Shown here: positions 46,516-55,578 of the stretch, piece by piece
How the letters are laid out: each line of letters begins with the position of its first letter
Numbering within the stretch: position 1 is the first letter of the stretch
Origin: Candidatus Bathyarchaeota archaeon
GTDB lineage: Archaea > Thermoproteota > Bathyarchaeia > Bathyarchaeales > Bathyarchaeaceae
Length of the DNA stretch: 64,000 nt
NCBI GenBank assembly: GCA_030608565.1
Contig: JAUWDY010000001.1
Coordinates: 104,238-168,237 of the forward strand
Direction of reading: 5' to 3'
Made by a program: the position numbers and the translations under genes
Notes under the pieces: model-generated
Told to the model about the DNA's origin: nothing
What the model saw: only the letters and a program-made list of their open reading frames with translations
Databases searched by the model: none

Positions 46516-47727
46516 GTGGCCATGCCAAAACTGGCGATAAGCAAGAAAGAGTATGAGAAAAGAATAGAAACTGTTAGAAAAGAGCTCGTGAAAAGAAAGT
46601 TAGATGCCCTGTATCTAACGAGTGGTATAAGCTTCTTTTACCTCACAGGATACTCGTACATCGCCACCGAAAGACCCGCAGCACTCATTATTCCTGTCGA
46701 AGGCGAGATAACCTTTATGGGGCCTCTCCTAGAAATTGATCACATCCCATTAAAAACCACCTTGATAGAAACCATCAAGACATATGCGGACTATCCAGGA
46801 CACAAACATCCAATAGACCATTTCGCAAGTTTCCTCAAAGAACTAGGATTAAGCGACAAAAAGATTGGCACAGATAACCCAGCTGGAGCCGCCGAAATCT
46901 GGGGTTACAAGGGTCCACCGATAACAGAAAAGCTGCCTAAAACCGAGTTTGTGAAGGCAAAAGACATAGTTGAAAACATGCGAATAATAAAATCGAAAGA
47001 AGAGATTGCGCTGATAAAAGAGAGCGCCAAATGGGGAAACCTAGCCCACACATTACTTCAAGAATATACGGAACCTGGCTTATGGGACGTCGACATTGCA
47101 TTGAGAGCCTCCTACGAAGCCTCGATGACCCTGAAGAAGACGTTAGAGCCAGAGTATGAGCCGTGTAGAAGAAGTGGAGCACCAGCAAGTGCAGGTTTTA
47201 GAGGTCAAGTCGGTGCGATGTCAGCTATCCCTCACGCAATCGGCACAAAGAAGAGAATTGAAGTTGGAGAGGTCATCGTGACAGGTGCCGGAGCAGAAAT
47301 CGGCGGATACAACAGTGAACTTGAGCGAACCATGATTGTTGGAGAACCAACTGAAAAACAGAAAAGGTATTTTGAGGTCATGTTGAAGGCTCAAGATGTG
47401 GCTTTAGCAGCTTTCAAGCCTGGAGCAAAATGTTGCGGCGTTGATAAAGCAGCCCTGAAAGTGATTCAGAAAGCAGGCTACGCTGGATTGATAAGGCATC
47501 ATACTGGTCATGGAATAGGCTTAGAAGGTCACGAGCCACCGTGGCTGGATGTAGGCGACGACACTATTATGAAGCCTAGCATGGTCTTCAGTTGCGAGCC
47601 GGGTATATACGAACCGGGGTTTGCGGGTTTTCGGCATTCAGATACTGTGGTGATAACAGAGAATGGAGTAGAGAGAATAACATATTATCCTAGAGACTTG
47701 GAATCATTGATCATCCGAAAGGAATAA
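46516..47727 (+). CDS. Xaa-Pro aminopeptidase / M24 family peptidase
   Basis: Creatinase-like N-domain and pita-bread C-domain with HHTGHGIGLEGHEPP. Confidence 0.85.
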   Translation: MAMPKLAISKKEYEKRIETVRKELVKRKLDALYLTSGISFFYLTGYSYIATERPAALIIPVEGEITFMGPLLEIDHIPLKTTLIETIKTYADYPGHKHPIDHFASFLKELGLSDKKIGTDNPAGAAEIWGYKGPPITEKLPKTEFVKAKDIVENMRIIKSKEEIALIKESAKWGNLAHTLLQEYTEPGLWDVDIALRASYEASMTLKKTLEPEYEPCRRSGAPASAGFRGQVGAMSAIPHAIGTKKRIEVGEVIVTGAGAEIGGYNSELERTMIVGEPTEKQKRYFEVMLKAQDVALAAFKPGAKCCGVDKAALKVIQKAGYAGLIRHHTGHGIGLEGHEPPWLDVGDDTIMKPSMVFSCEPGIYEPGFAGFRHSDTVVITENGVERITYYPRDLESLIIRKE

Positions 47728-47737
47728 CGCTTCTCTA

Positions 47738-48247
47738 TCAACTAACATAATTGATAATTTTTTTCAAGGCCTTGATAATAGCCAGCTTTATTTCCGTTGC
47801 ACACGTTTGGTAAGTTCCAATTCCTCCGCCATAAGGATCTTTAATATCCAAGTCGTTGATTTCCCCTGCAAACTCCTTCAGCGTGAAAACCTTGTGTCTA
47901 GATTGCAGATGCTCTGAGACAATCCTGTCTTTGTAGCTTTTTTTCATAGTTAAGATCAAATCCGCTTTTTCGACTAATTCCTGTGTCAGTTGCCTTGACG
48001 TGAAAGATGAGATGTCGATACCTTCTCCGCTCATAACTTTTATGGCCTCACTTGTTGGAGGCCCCCCATAGGCGTTCGTTCCCGCCGAGAGAACTTCAAT
48101 CTTTACGGGTTCATTAAAATCTTCCAACATTTTCTTCAGAAAACCCTCAGCCATCGGGCTTCTACAGATGTTTCCATAGCACACGAAAAGGACCAACTTA
48201 CTAACCATAAACCTTCCACTTTCCATTGCAGTCTCAGTATTCTTCAT
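47738..48247 (-). CDS. low-molecular-weight protein tyrosine / arsenate phosphatase family
   Basis: CX5R(S) P-loop: VCYGNICRSPMAEG. Confidence 0.85.
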   Translation of the reverse strand: MKNTETAMESGRFMVSKLVLFVCYGNICRSPMAEGFLKKMLEDFNEPVKIEVLSAGTNAYGGPPTSEAIKVMSGEGIDISSFTSRQLTQELVEKADLILTMKKSYKDRIVSEHLQSRHKVFTLKEFAGEINDLDIKDPYGGGIGTYQTCATEIKLAIIKALKKIINYVS

Positions 48248-48278
48248 GCTACCTAAAGAATTCTTTTATCCATCGAAT

Positions 48279-48306
48279 CTTGAAATAAGGAAAGTTTAAA
48301 TAAAAT
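48279..48306 (+). promoter_or_regulatory. promoter-like boxes upstream of S13 (CTTGAAATAAGG ... GTTTAAATAAAAT)
   Basis: Lies about 50-75 nt upstream of the S13 ATG. Shares the TTGAAATAA element with the rpoD and rpoN upstream regions. Confidence 0.4.
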
Positions 48307-48354
48307 ATGATTCACTTCAGTGGTTAGCTTGAAGAGAGATATGGACGGTTTAGG

Positions 48355-48816
48355 ATGCCCAAAGAATTCCAGCACATCGTTCGGATTGTCAACACCGACC
48401 TATACGGCACCCAAAAAATAGTCTATGCCCTAACGAATATAAAGGGAATAGGAATCAAATTAGCCAACGTGATTGTGAAAAAAGCCAACATCGATCCGAA
48501 AACTCGCGTAGGCTTTCTCTCCGAAACTGAAGTTGAGAAAATTAAGGGCATACTAAAGGACCTAAAGAAACACGGCGTGCCCAGTTGGCTTCTTAACCGC
48601 ACCAAGGACCGCCAAACTGGAAAACACCTTCACCTTATTGGATCTGACCTCATTCTCCAAACAAAAACAGACATTGACCAAATGAAAAATATCAAATCAT
48701 GGAGAGGATTCCGTCACGCTTACGGGTTGAAGGTACGGGGGCAACGAACAAGAACGACAGGCAGAACAGGAAAGGCTATTGGCGTGAAATTTAAGAAAAC
48801 AAGGACGCGGCAATAA
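48355..48816 (+). CDS. rps13: 30S ribosomal protein S13 (uS13)
   Basis: IVRIVNTDLYGTQKIVYALTNIKGIG matches the uS13 pattern. Confidence 0.95.
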   Translation: MPKEFQHIVRIVNTDLYGTQKIVYALTNIKGIGIKLANVIVKKANIDPKTRVGFLSETEVEKIKGILKDLKKHGVPSWLLNRTKDRQTGKHLHLIGSDLILQTKTDIDQMKNIKSWRGFRHAYGLKVRGQRTRTTGRTGKAIGVKFKKTRTRQ

Positions 48817-48818
48817 TC

Positions 48819-49382
48819 ATGGGCGATCCTAAAAAGCAACGAAAAAAATATGAAACGCCAAAGTTTCCTTGGCGAATCGATATTCTAGAAACGGAACTAA
48901 AACTGGTTGGTCAATACGGACTGAGAAACAAAAGAGAACTCTGGCGCCACAAAACCATGGTCTCAAAGTTTCGAGGAATCGCTCGGTCGCTTCTAGGCAT
49001 GTCTGCTGAGGAACGAAGAAAACTGGAAAAACAACTTATCGATAGACTTCGCCGCCTTGGTGTTCTACCTAAAGCAGCTGCTTTAGATGATGTTTTAGAC
49101 TTAACTATAGAAGACATCCTTGAACGTCGACTTCAAACCCTCGTATTTAGAAAAGGCCTAGCTAAGTCTCTGTATCAAGCTCGTCAACTCATTTCACACA
49201 GGCATGTTGCCATCGAAGGTAAACGGGTTTCATCTCCGAGCTATCTGGTCTTAAGTGATGAGGAGCCAAGAATAGGTTACGCTCCAACGAGTCCTCTAAC
49301 AAATCCTAATCATTCAATAAGAGAATCCGTTAAAGCTACAGTTGAGACGAAACCAACGGTAAAACCAAAAACTAGAGGTTAG
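48819..49382 (+). CDS. rps4: 30S ribosomal protein S4 (uS4)
   Basis: [18 protein letters not shown] and the S4 RNA-binding domain. Confidence 0.95.
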   Translation: MGDPKKQRKKYETPKFPWRIDILETELKLVGQYGLRNKRELWRHKTMVSKFRGIARSLLGMSAEERRKLEKQLIDRLRRLGVLPKAAALDDVLDLTIEDILERRLQTLVFRKGLAKSLYQARQLISHRHVAIEGKRVSSPSYLVLSDEEPRIGYAPTSPLTNPNHSIRESVKATVETKPTVKPKTRG

Positions 49383-49387
49383 AAACA

Positions 49388-49783
49388 GTGAGCAAAAAAG
49401 TTGAAAGATGGGCAGTCGTCCACATTTACAGCTCCTACAATAACACGATTATACACATCACCGACATATCTGGCGCCGAAACCATCGCCAGAGCCTCAGG
49501 AGGCATGTTTGTTAAGGCAGCCCGGTTACAATCATCACCCCACGCTGCCATGCAAGCCGCAGCTCACGTTGCAAGTACTGCTCGGGATAGGGGAATAAAC
49601 GCCATACACATCAAAGTTCGAGCCCCAGGCGGATCAAGTGCTAGGACGCCGGGTTCTGGAGCACAAGCCGCCATACGAGCTTTGGCTCGAACTGGATTCC
49701 GCATAGGTCGCATTGAAGAAGTAACGCCGGTTCCACATGATGGAACGCGAAGAAAGGGCGGGCGCAGAGGACGCAGAATCTAA
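49388..49783 (+). CDS. rps11: 30S ribosomal protein S11 (uS11)
   Basis: [19 protein letters not shown] matches the uS11 pattern. Confidence 0.95.
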   Translation: MSKKVERWAVVHIYSSYNNTIIHITDISGAETIARASGGMFVKAARLQSSPHAAMQAAAHVASTARDRGINAIHIKVRAPGGSSARTPGSGAQAAIRALARTGFRIGRIEEVTPVPHDGTRRKGGRRGRRI

Positions 49784-49997
49784 CTTTCCGTTAGCTGAAA
49801 ATGCCATTTAGTTCTAGTTTTTCAAACGAGAAACATTGAAAATGAGTTAGTATGCACAGGGATGGTTCTAGAAGGTTATTATTGCGTTGCTGGTGGAGGT
49901 TTGTGGTTTTGATGCTGCAATACTCGAAACATTTTGCTTAAACGAAAAGTTTCCTTAATGTTAATATGAATGCCTCTTCTTCCTAAATATCACCATA

Positions 49998-50035
49998 ACA
50001 TTGAAATAATGGCTTCGTCTCCTTATGAAAAACAC
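49998..50035 (+). promoter_or_regulatory. conserved 38-nt promoter-like module upstream of rpoD
   Basis: ACATTGAAATAATGGCTTCGTCTCCTTATGAAAAACAC. A near-identical module lies at 52049..52087, upstream of rpoN. Confidence 0.5.
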
Positions 50036-50074
50036 GTGAGTTCATAAGCATCTGCCAAAGGGCGTTTAATCATA

Positions 50075-50731
50075 ATGAAGATTCAGATAATTAAAAAAAC
50101 TGATTTCACCATGCGGTTAACTATCCGAGGAATTGAGACGTCCTTTGCGAATACTTTGCGCCGAATTATGCTCTCTGAGGTCCCCACTATGGCTATCGAG
50201 GATGCAGTTATCATTGAAAACTCATCCGTACTTCCCGACGAAATTCTCGCCAATAGACTGGGATTCATCCCCCTTAAAACAGATTTAGATTCCTATAACC
50301 TCCCCGAGGAGTGCCCATGTAAAAGCGAGTTTGGATGCAATCTATGTCGTGTAGCTCTGACACTGGAAGCTGAAGCCACCGATGAAGTAACAGCCGTATA
50401 CTCGGGAGACCTACAGTCCGAGAACCCGGATATAGCACCCGTTAGCGACAAGATTCTCCTCGTAAAGTTGGCGCCCGACCAGAAAATAAAATTGGAGGCA
50501 TATGCTCGACTGGGGAAGGGGAAGGTCCACGCGAAGTGGCAACCAGTTTCCACATGTGCCTACGAGTTTGTGCCTGAAACCGAAACCAACAACGAACGCG
50601 GTGATGCATTTATTTTTAACATAGAATCAACAGGCGCGCTTCCGGTTGAAAGAATAGTGCTTGAAGCCGTTCATATACTTGACAGACGATTTAAAGACTT
50701 CTCTAAACAATTAAAGGAGATAAAAAAATGA
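50075..50731 (+). CDS. rpoD: DNA-directed RNA polymerase subunit D (Rpo3)
   Basis: ANTLRRIMLSEVPTMAIE, and the Cys cluster ECPCKSEFGCNLC. Confidence 0.95.
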   Translation: MKIQIIKKTDFTMRLTIRGIETSFANTLRRIMLSEVPTMAIEDAVIIENSSVLPDEILANRLGFIPLKTDLDSYNLPEECPCKSEFGCNLCRVALTLEAEATDEVTAVYSGDLQSENPDIAPVSDKILLVKLAPDQKIKLEAYARLGKGKVHAKWQPVSTCAYEFVPETETNNERGDAFIFNIESTGALPVERIVLEAVHILDRRFKDFSKQLKEIKK

Positions 50732-51090
50732 AGCATGTTAGAACTACCAATCCAGAGCTAATTAACCTCGTTCGATCGTTAAAAAAGCAGTCTCGAGAAA
50801 GCGAGGCAAGAATATGGCGTGATATAGCGGATTTTTTGTCTCGTTCACGACGAAGGCGCATAGCCGTAAATGTAAGTCGATTAAATCGGTACACTAAGAA
50901 GGGAGAAACGGTGGCGGTTCCAGGCAAGGTATTGGCCGCGGGAAAAATTGATCATCCAATCAAAGTAGCAGCTTTCACCTTTTCTCAACCAGCAGAAATA
51001 AAAATTTTAAAGGCCAAAGGAAAATGTTTATCACTCTCTGAGCTGATGAAGAAAAACCCGAAAGGCACAGATGTGAAAATCATTGGGTAA
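50728..51090 (+). CDS. rpl18e: 50S ribosomal protein L18e
   Basis: TNPELINLVRSLKK...WRDIA matches the eL18 pattern. Order conserved. Confidence 0.9.
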   Translation: MKHVRTTNPELINLVRSLKKQSRESEARIWRDIADFLSRSRRRRIAVNVSRLNRYTKKGETVAVPGKVLAAGKIDHPIKVAAFTFSQPAEIKILKAKGKCLSLSELMKKNPKGTDVKIIG

Positions 51091-51535
51091 ACCAACGACT
51101 ACTGAACGTGTTGCAGTAATTGACGCAACTGGACTGATTCTCGGTCGAATGGCCAGTCACATAGCTAAACGTCTCCTCCAAGGCGAAAAAATAATCGTCG
51201 TAAACGCAGAAGAGGCGGCCATATCTGGCAAAAGACTGAGTATAGTTAAAGAGGCGAAAAGATTCTTGGAAATTGGCCACCCAAGAAAAGGCCCTTTACA
51301 TCGGAGGCGGCCAGATCGAATCGTCCGAAGAACCGTACGCGGCATGCTTCCACGAAAGAAACCAAAGGGAAAACAAGCATACAAACGATTGAAGGTTTTT
51401 CTTGAAGTCCCTGAAGAGTTTAAAGGCAAGGAAATGCAGACGATTCCTAACGCTAATGCGGAGAAGTTACGATGTCCTTATATAACTGTTGGAAAACTGG
51501 CAAAAGAAATCGGGTGGACTCCAATAGGTGAATAA
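51083..51535 (+). CDS. rpl13: 50S ribosomal protein L13 (uL13)
   Basis: [32 protein letters not shown] matches the uL13 pattern. Confidence 0.95.
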   Translation: MGKPTTTERVAVIDATGLILGRMASHIAKRLLQGEKIIVVNAEEAAISGKRLSIVKEAKRFLEIGHPRKGPLHRRRPDRIVRRTVRGMLPRKKPKGKQAYKRLKVFLEVPEEFKGKEMQTIPNANAEKLRCPYITVGKLAKEIGWTPIGE

Positions 51536-51537
51536 AA

Positions 51538-51951
51538 ATGCCAAGCCCTAAAAGAATATTATTAACCAGCGGAAAACGAAAAACTGCTATTGCCCGAGCA
51601 ACCGTCAGAGCTGGAAAAGGTAGAATTCGCATAAACAATGTTCCTATCGAAATTTTTGAACCTAGAATCGCCCGTGATAAAATTTCGGAGCCTCTTCTGC
51701 AGACTGGTGAAGAAATATGGAAACAACTTGACATAAACGTTAAAGTGTCTGGCGGAGGTTTCATGGGGCAAGCCGAGGCTACGCGGACAGCCATCGCGAG
51801 GGCTCTGTTGAAATGGACAAAGAGTGCTCGCCTCAAAACCGTTTTTACCGATTATGACCGTGCTATGATCGCTGGCGATCCGAGGCGAAAAGAACCTAAA
51901 AAGTTTGGTGGTCCTGGCGCAAGAGCTAGAGATCAGAAGAGCTACAGATAG
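51538..51951 (+). CDS. rps9: 30S ribosomal protein S9 (uS9)
   Basis: [22 protein letters not shown] and the C-terminal RDQKSYR. Confidence 0.95.
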   Translation: MPSPKRILLTSGKRKTAIARATVRAGKGRIRINNVPIEIFEPRIARDKISEPLLQTGEEIWKQLDINVKVSGGGFMGQAEATRTAIARALLKWTKSARLKTVFTDYDRAMIAGDPRRKEPKKFGGPGARARDQKSYR

Positions 51952-52048
51952 GGTTGTGGAATTTAGGCTTGTCACAGTATTTGTATGCGTGTATAGTCGG
52001 TCCATAGAGAGGAAGACTGGTGGAGAGACTAGTGAACCGTTGACGGAA

Positions 52049-52087
52049 ACATTGAAATAATGCCTTTCTCCCCCTTATGAAAAGCAC
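52049..52087 (+). promoter_or_regulatory. conserved promoter-like module upstream of rpoN
   Basis: ACATTGAAATAATGCCTTTCTCCCCCTTATGAAAAGCAC, the paralogous copy of 49998..50035. Confidence 0.5.
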
Positions 52088-52125
52088 ACAAACTAAGAAA
52101 ACATCTCAATAGGAGGCACTCGATA

Positions 52126-52353
52126 ATTATCATACCAGTACGCTGTTTCACGTGCGGCAAGGTAGTCGGCGACAAGTGGGAAGAGTTTGCCAGAAGGGTA
52201 AAGGCTGGAGAAGACACAGGAAAAGTCTTAGACAGCTTGGGAATGACACGATATTGTTGCCGCCGTATGCTTCTGTCCCACATAGACATCATCGACGAAG
52301 TTCTGAAATTCTACGTAGAAGCTGGAAGAAGAAAACGAGCTAAACAACTCTAA
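52126..52353 (+). CDS. rpoN: DNA-directed RNA polymerase subunit N (Rpo10); non-canonical start (ATA/ATT), not in ORF track
   Basis: Manual translation: (I)[75 protein letters not shown]. The frame is closed upstream by a TGA at 52078-52080. No ATG/GTG/TTG lies between that stop and [14 protein letters not shown] sits at 52111-52116. Confidence 0.85.
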   Translation: MIIPVRCFTCGKVVGDKWEEFARRVKAGEDTGKVLDSLGMTRYCCRRMLLSHIDIIDEVLKFYVEAGRRKRAKQL

Positions 52354-52366
52354 CGAGGCAGACGAA

Positions 52367-53617
52367 GTGTCAACAGTCATCGAAAACGTCACTGCTCGAA
52401 AAGTCTTCAACAGTCGAGGAGAAAAAACGCTGGAAATTGACATATCAACCATCGCGGGGTTTGGAAGAGCTTCCGCCCCAGCTGGCGCCAGCAGAGGCAA
52501 GGCTGAGGTCATTTCATACCCTAAAGGCGAAGTAGACCAAGCAATAAAAAAGGTTGAAGAACTCGTTGCCCCAGAGCTAATCGGCAGAAATGCAGATGAA
52601 CAAGAGGAAATCGACCTTCTTCTCCACGAACTCGATGGAACCGAAGACTTTAGAAATTTGGGAGGAAACATGGCTTACGCCGTTTCTTTAGCCACAGCGG
52701 AGGCTGCAGCCACATCCTACGGTATGCCATTATTTCAACACCTTGCAGGCTATTTTGCAAACGAACTTCCTTACCCGCTTGGAAATGTTTTGGGCGGCGG
52801 AAAACACGCGGGAGGAAAAACACCAGACATACAAGAGTTTCTGGTTCTCCCCGTCAAGGCAGAAATTTTTTCAGATGCGGCCAAAGCCAATATTCTAGTT
52901 CATCAAAGGGTTGGTTCACTTCTCAGAAAAAAGGATGCATCCTTCACTGGAGGAAGGGGCGATGAAGGGGCATGGGCGCCTAACATAAAAAATGAAGAAG
53001 CTTTAGAAATCGTGGCGAAGGCATGTGAAGAGGTTTCAGAGGAGTCAGGCGTAGAATGCAGGGTTGGCTTGGACATAGCTGCCTCCACCTTGTGGAAACC
53101 AAAAGAAGAACGTTACGTGTACAGCCGAGAAGGAACTAAAAGAAATTCCGGAGAACAACTGGACTTTGTGTCAAGTCTTGTCAAAAACCACAACCTCGCT
53201 TACGTTGAAGACCCTTTCCATGAAGAAGATTTTGAAAGTTTTTCGAAGCTTACTAAGAGAGTTAAAAAGTGTCTTGTTTGTGGTGACGACCTGTTTGCAA
53301 CGAGCAAAAAGAGACTGGCTCGTGGAATGAAAGTTGGTGCCGGAAACGCCGTTATTGTTAAAACGAATCAGGTTGGAACCCTTACGGATGCTTGGGAGAC
53401 CACTAAACTGGCAAAAAAAGCTTCTTACGCTCCGATCATGTCTCATCGATCTGGAGAAACAACTGATACTCACTTAGCCCACTTGTCCGTGGCCTTTCAC
53501 TGCCCCATCATAAAAACTGGCGTATTGGGAGGGACAAGAGTGGCGAAAATTAATGAACTCATCCGGATAGAAGAGATGCTTGGTAACAGGGCTGAAATGT
53601 CTGCTCTTTTATTGTGA
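52367..53617 (+). CDS. eno: enolase
   Basis: ARKVFNSRGEKTLEIDI and SHRSGETTDT motifs. GTG start. Confidence 0.95.
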   Translation: MSTVIENVTARKVFNSRGEKTLEIDISTIAGFGRASAPAGASRGKAEVISYPKGEVDQAIKKVEELVAPELIGRNADEQEEIDLLLHELDGTEDFRNLGGNMAYAVSLATAEAAATSYGMPLFQHLAGYFANELPYPLGNVLGGGKHAGGKTPDIQEFLVLPVKAEIFSDAAKANILVHQRVGSLLRKKDASFTGGRGDEGAWAPNIKNEEALEIVAKACEEVSEESGVECRVGLDIAASTLWKPKEERYVYSREGTKRNSGEQLDFVSSLVKNHNLAYVEDPFHEEDFESFSKLTKRVKKCLVCGDDLFATSKKRLARGMKVGAGNAVIVKTNQVGTLTDAWETTKLAKKASYAPIMSHRSGETTDTHLAHLSVAFHCPIIKTGVLGGTRVAKINELIRIEEMLGNRAEMSALLL

Positions 53618-53626
53618 TGAAAAAAC

Positions 53627-54277
53627 ATGTCAGAAGAAGAGAAGAAAGAAGAAGTTGAAGCTCCCAGTGAGGAGGAACTTTTGCTACCTCAGGACACCAT
53701 GCTATCAGCAGGAATTCACATAGGTACAAAGACAAAAGCAAGAGACATGGAACAGTTCATCTACCGCGTTAGACCTGACGGGTTGTTTGTTTTAGACATT
53801 AAAAAAACTGATGAACGTATAAGAGTTGCCGCTAAATTCCTTGCTCGGTTTGATCCATCCAAGATTGCGGTGGTGGCGGCGAGATTGTACGGGCGTGCTC
53901 CTGTGAATAAATTTTGCGAAGTAATCGGCGCGACTCCAATTGTAGGACGTTTTATTCCTGGAATGCTTTCAAATCCACTCTATTCAGATCATATCGAACC
54001 CGACGTGATAATTGTGTCTGATTCTAAAGCTGACGCTCAAGCCGTAATAGAAGCCTCAAGCCTAGGCATCCCCGTAATAGCGCTTTGTAGCACCGACAAC
54101 GATTTTCGCGACATAGACCTAAGTATACCAACCAACAACAAAGGTAGAAGAGCTTTAGCAATAGTTTACTGGCTTCTTACCAGACAAATCCTACGGGAAA
54201 AGGGCGAGATACCCCCAGATGGAAACATTGAACCATCAATCGACGACTTTGAAGTGAAAATGACGAGAGAGGAATAG
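53627..54277 (+). CDS. rps2: 30S ribosomal protein S2 (uS2)
   Basis: LLSAGIHIGTKTKARDMEQFIY matches the uS2 pattern. Confidence 0.95.
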   Translation: MSEEEKKEEVEAPSEEELLLPQDTMLSAGIHIGTKTKARDMEQFIYRVRPDGLFVLDIKKTDERIRVAAKFLARFDPSKIAVVAARLYGRAPVNKFCEVIGATPIVGRFIPGMLSNPLYSDHIEPDVIIVSDSKADAQAVIEASSLGIPVIALCSTDNDFRDIDLSIPTNNKGRRALAIVYWLLTRQILREKGEIPPDGNIEPSIDDFEVKMTREE

Positions 54278-54290
54278 CGAGAGGAGAAGG

Positions 54291-55139
54291 TTGAAGATTA
54301 GACATCCTTCTCAAGCTGGAGCGTTTTACGCAGGCACTGCACAATCACTGAAAGCGCAGATTGAAGGATGTTTTACACATAAATTTGGACCAGGCAAACT
54401 CCCCACGGTGGCGGAGGATGGTCTCCGAAATGTTGTTGGACTCATCTGTCCTCATGCAGGATACATGTATTCTGGACCAGTAGCCGCACATGCGTATTAC
54501 AATCTTGCAGCGGACGGAAAACCTGATGTTGTCGTTATTTTTGGTCCCAACCATACTGGGCGTGGAAGCGCTTTGGCGCTCATGAGTGAGGGAGTTTGGC
54601 GGACTCCTCTGGGAGACGTAAAGATTGACACCTTGACCGCCAAGCAGATCGTAGATGAATCTCGCATCGTTGACATTGATGATTCAGCTCACACTTTTGA
54701 GCATTCCATCGAAGTTCAGCTTCCTTTTCTTCAATACTTGTACGGCTCAGCCTTCAAGTTTGTGCCCATCTGCTTTCTTATGCAAGATTTGGAATCCAGC
54801 CGAGAAGTGGGGCGGGCTGTTGCGAAGGCCTTGTCGGGAAAGAACGGTTTGATAATTGCCTCTACAGATATGACTCATTATGAGCCGCATGAACAGGCTC
54901 AACGAAAAGATAAGATGGCCATCGACGCTGTCGCGAAAATGGACGAGGAACTGTATTATTCCACCGTGGAGAGCCAGAACATATCTACGTGTGGTTACGG
55001 TCCAACGGTTGCTGTGATTACTGCGGCGAAGTTGTTGGGTGCAAAAAGGGCACAGTTGTTGTGTTACAAAACGAGTGGCGATGTGATCAGTGACTTTTCC
55101 TCGGTGGTAGGTTATGCTTCGATGTCATTCACAAAGTAG
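54291..55139 (+). CDS. MEMO1-family protein (AmmeMemoRadiSam system protein B type)
   Basis: RHPSQAGAFYAG... and ICPHAGYMYSGPVAAHAY are typical of the Memo family. Confidence 0.85.
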   Translation: MKIRHPSQAGAFYAGTAQSLKAQIEGCFTHKFGPGKLPTVAEDGLRNVVGLICPHAGYMYSGPVAAHAYYNLAADGKPDVVVIFGPNHTGRGSALALMSEGVWRTPLGDVKIDTLTAKQIVDESRIVDIDDSAHTFEHSIEVQLPFLQYLYGSAFKFVPICFLMQDLESSREVGRAVAKALSGKNGLIIASTDMTHYEPHEQAQRKDKMAIDAVAKMDEELYYSTVESQNISTCGYGPTVAVITAAKLLGAKRAQLLCYKTSGDVISDFSSVVGYASMSFTK

Positions 55140-55149
55140 CTAGAACAGG

Positions 55150-55578
55150 TTATCGAGGAATCCTTCCCTTCTCTATTCTAACCGCATCATTTTCTAATCG
55201 AACAATGTCTCCTGTCTCTATTTTCGAAATATCAATCTTGTCAATGCAAGGTATTTCCGAGATTATTGCTCCTACAGCAACCACGGTTTCACATTCTTTG
55301 TTTATGATCCCAGCAGGAGCCGTATCATTCTTCTTCATCCTGTAAAGAGTGTAGGATCCAACGGTTGACCCTTTACCATTCGGGAAAACCAGTATTTTGT
55401 CCTTCACCTTCTTTCCTTTCAGTTCGTGCCCTTTTTCTATGATCACGCCGGTGTCGGGGTCCACTCCACCGTAAAAGGAGATTGGTTGCGAAGTGGTTAG
55501 GGCTTCGCCTTCTGCAACTCCCTTTGAGATGATTCTTCCTTTCAGCTCCATTTTCCTCTCACCGCAGCCTCTATACAC
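55150..55578 (-). CDS. aconitase X swivel-domain protein, putative phosphomevalonate dehydratase small subunit
   Basis: About 130-140 aa with the DUF126-like pattern (GEALTTSQPISFYGGVDPDTG...VFPNGKGSTVGS). Adjacent to the aconitase-X catalytic subunit. Confidence 0.75.
   Translation of the reverse strand: MYRGCGERKMELKGRIISKGVAEGEALTTSQPISFYGGVDPDTGVIIEKGHELKGKKVKDKILVFPNGKGSTVGSYTLYRMKKNDTAPAGIINKECETVVAVGAIISEIPCIDKIDISKIETGDIVRLENDAVRIEKGRIPR

Noticed and set aside
52152-52343. Track ORF of 63 aa ([12 protein letters not shown]...).
   Set aside because: It is the wrong frame. The neighbouring frame encodes RNA polymerase subunit N.
51453-52671. Minus-strand ORFs of 127-147 aa over S9, rpoN and the enolase 5' end.
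   Set aside because: They are antisense to conserved genes and have no motifs.
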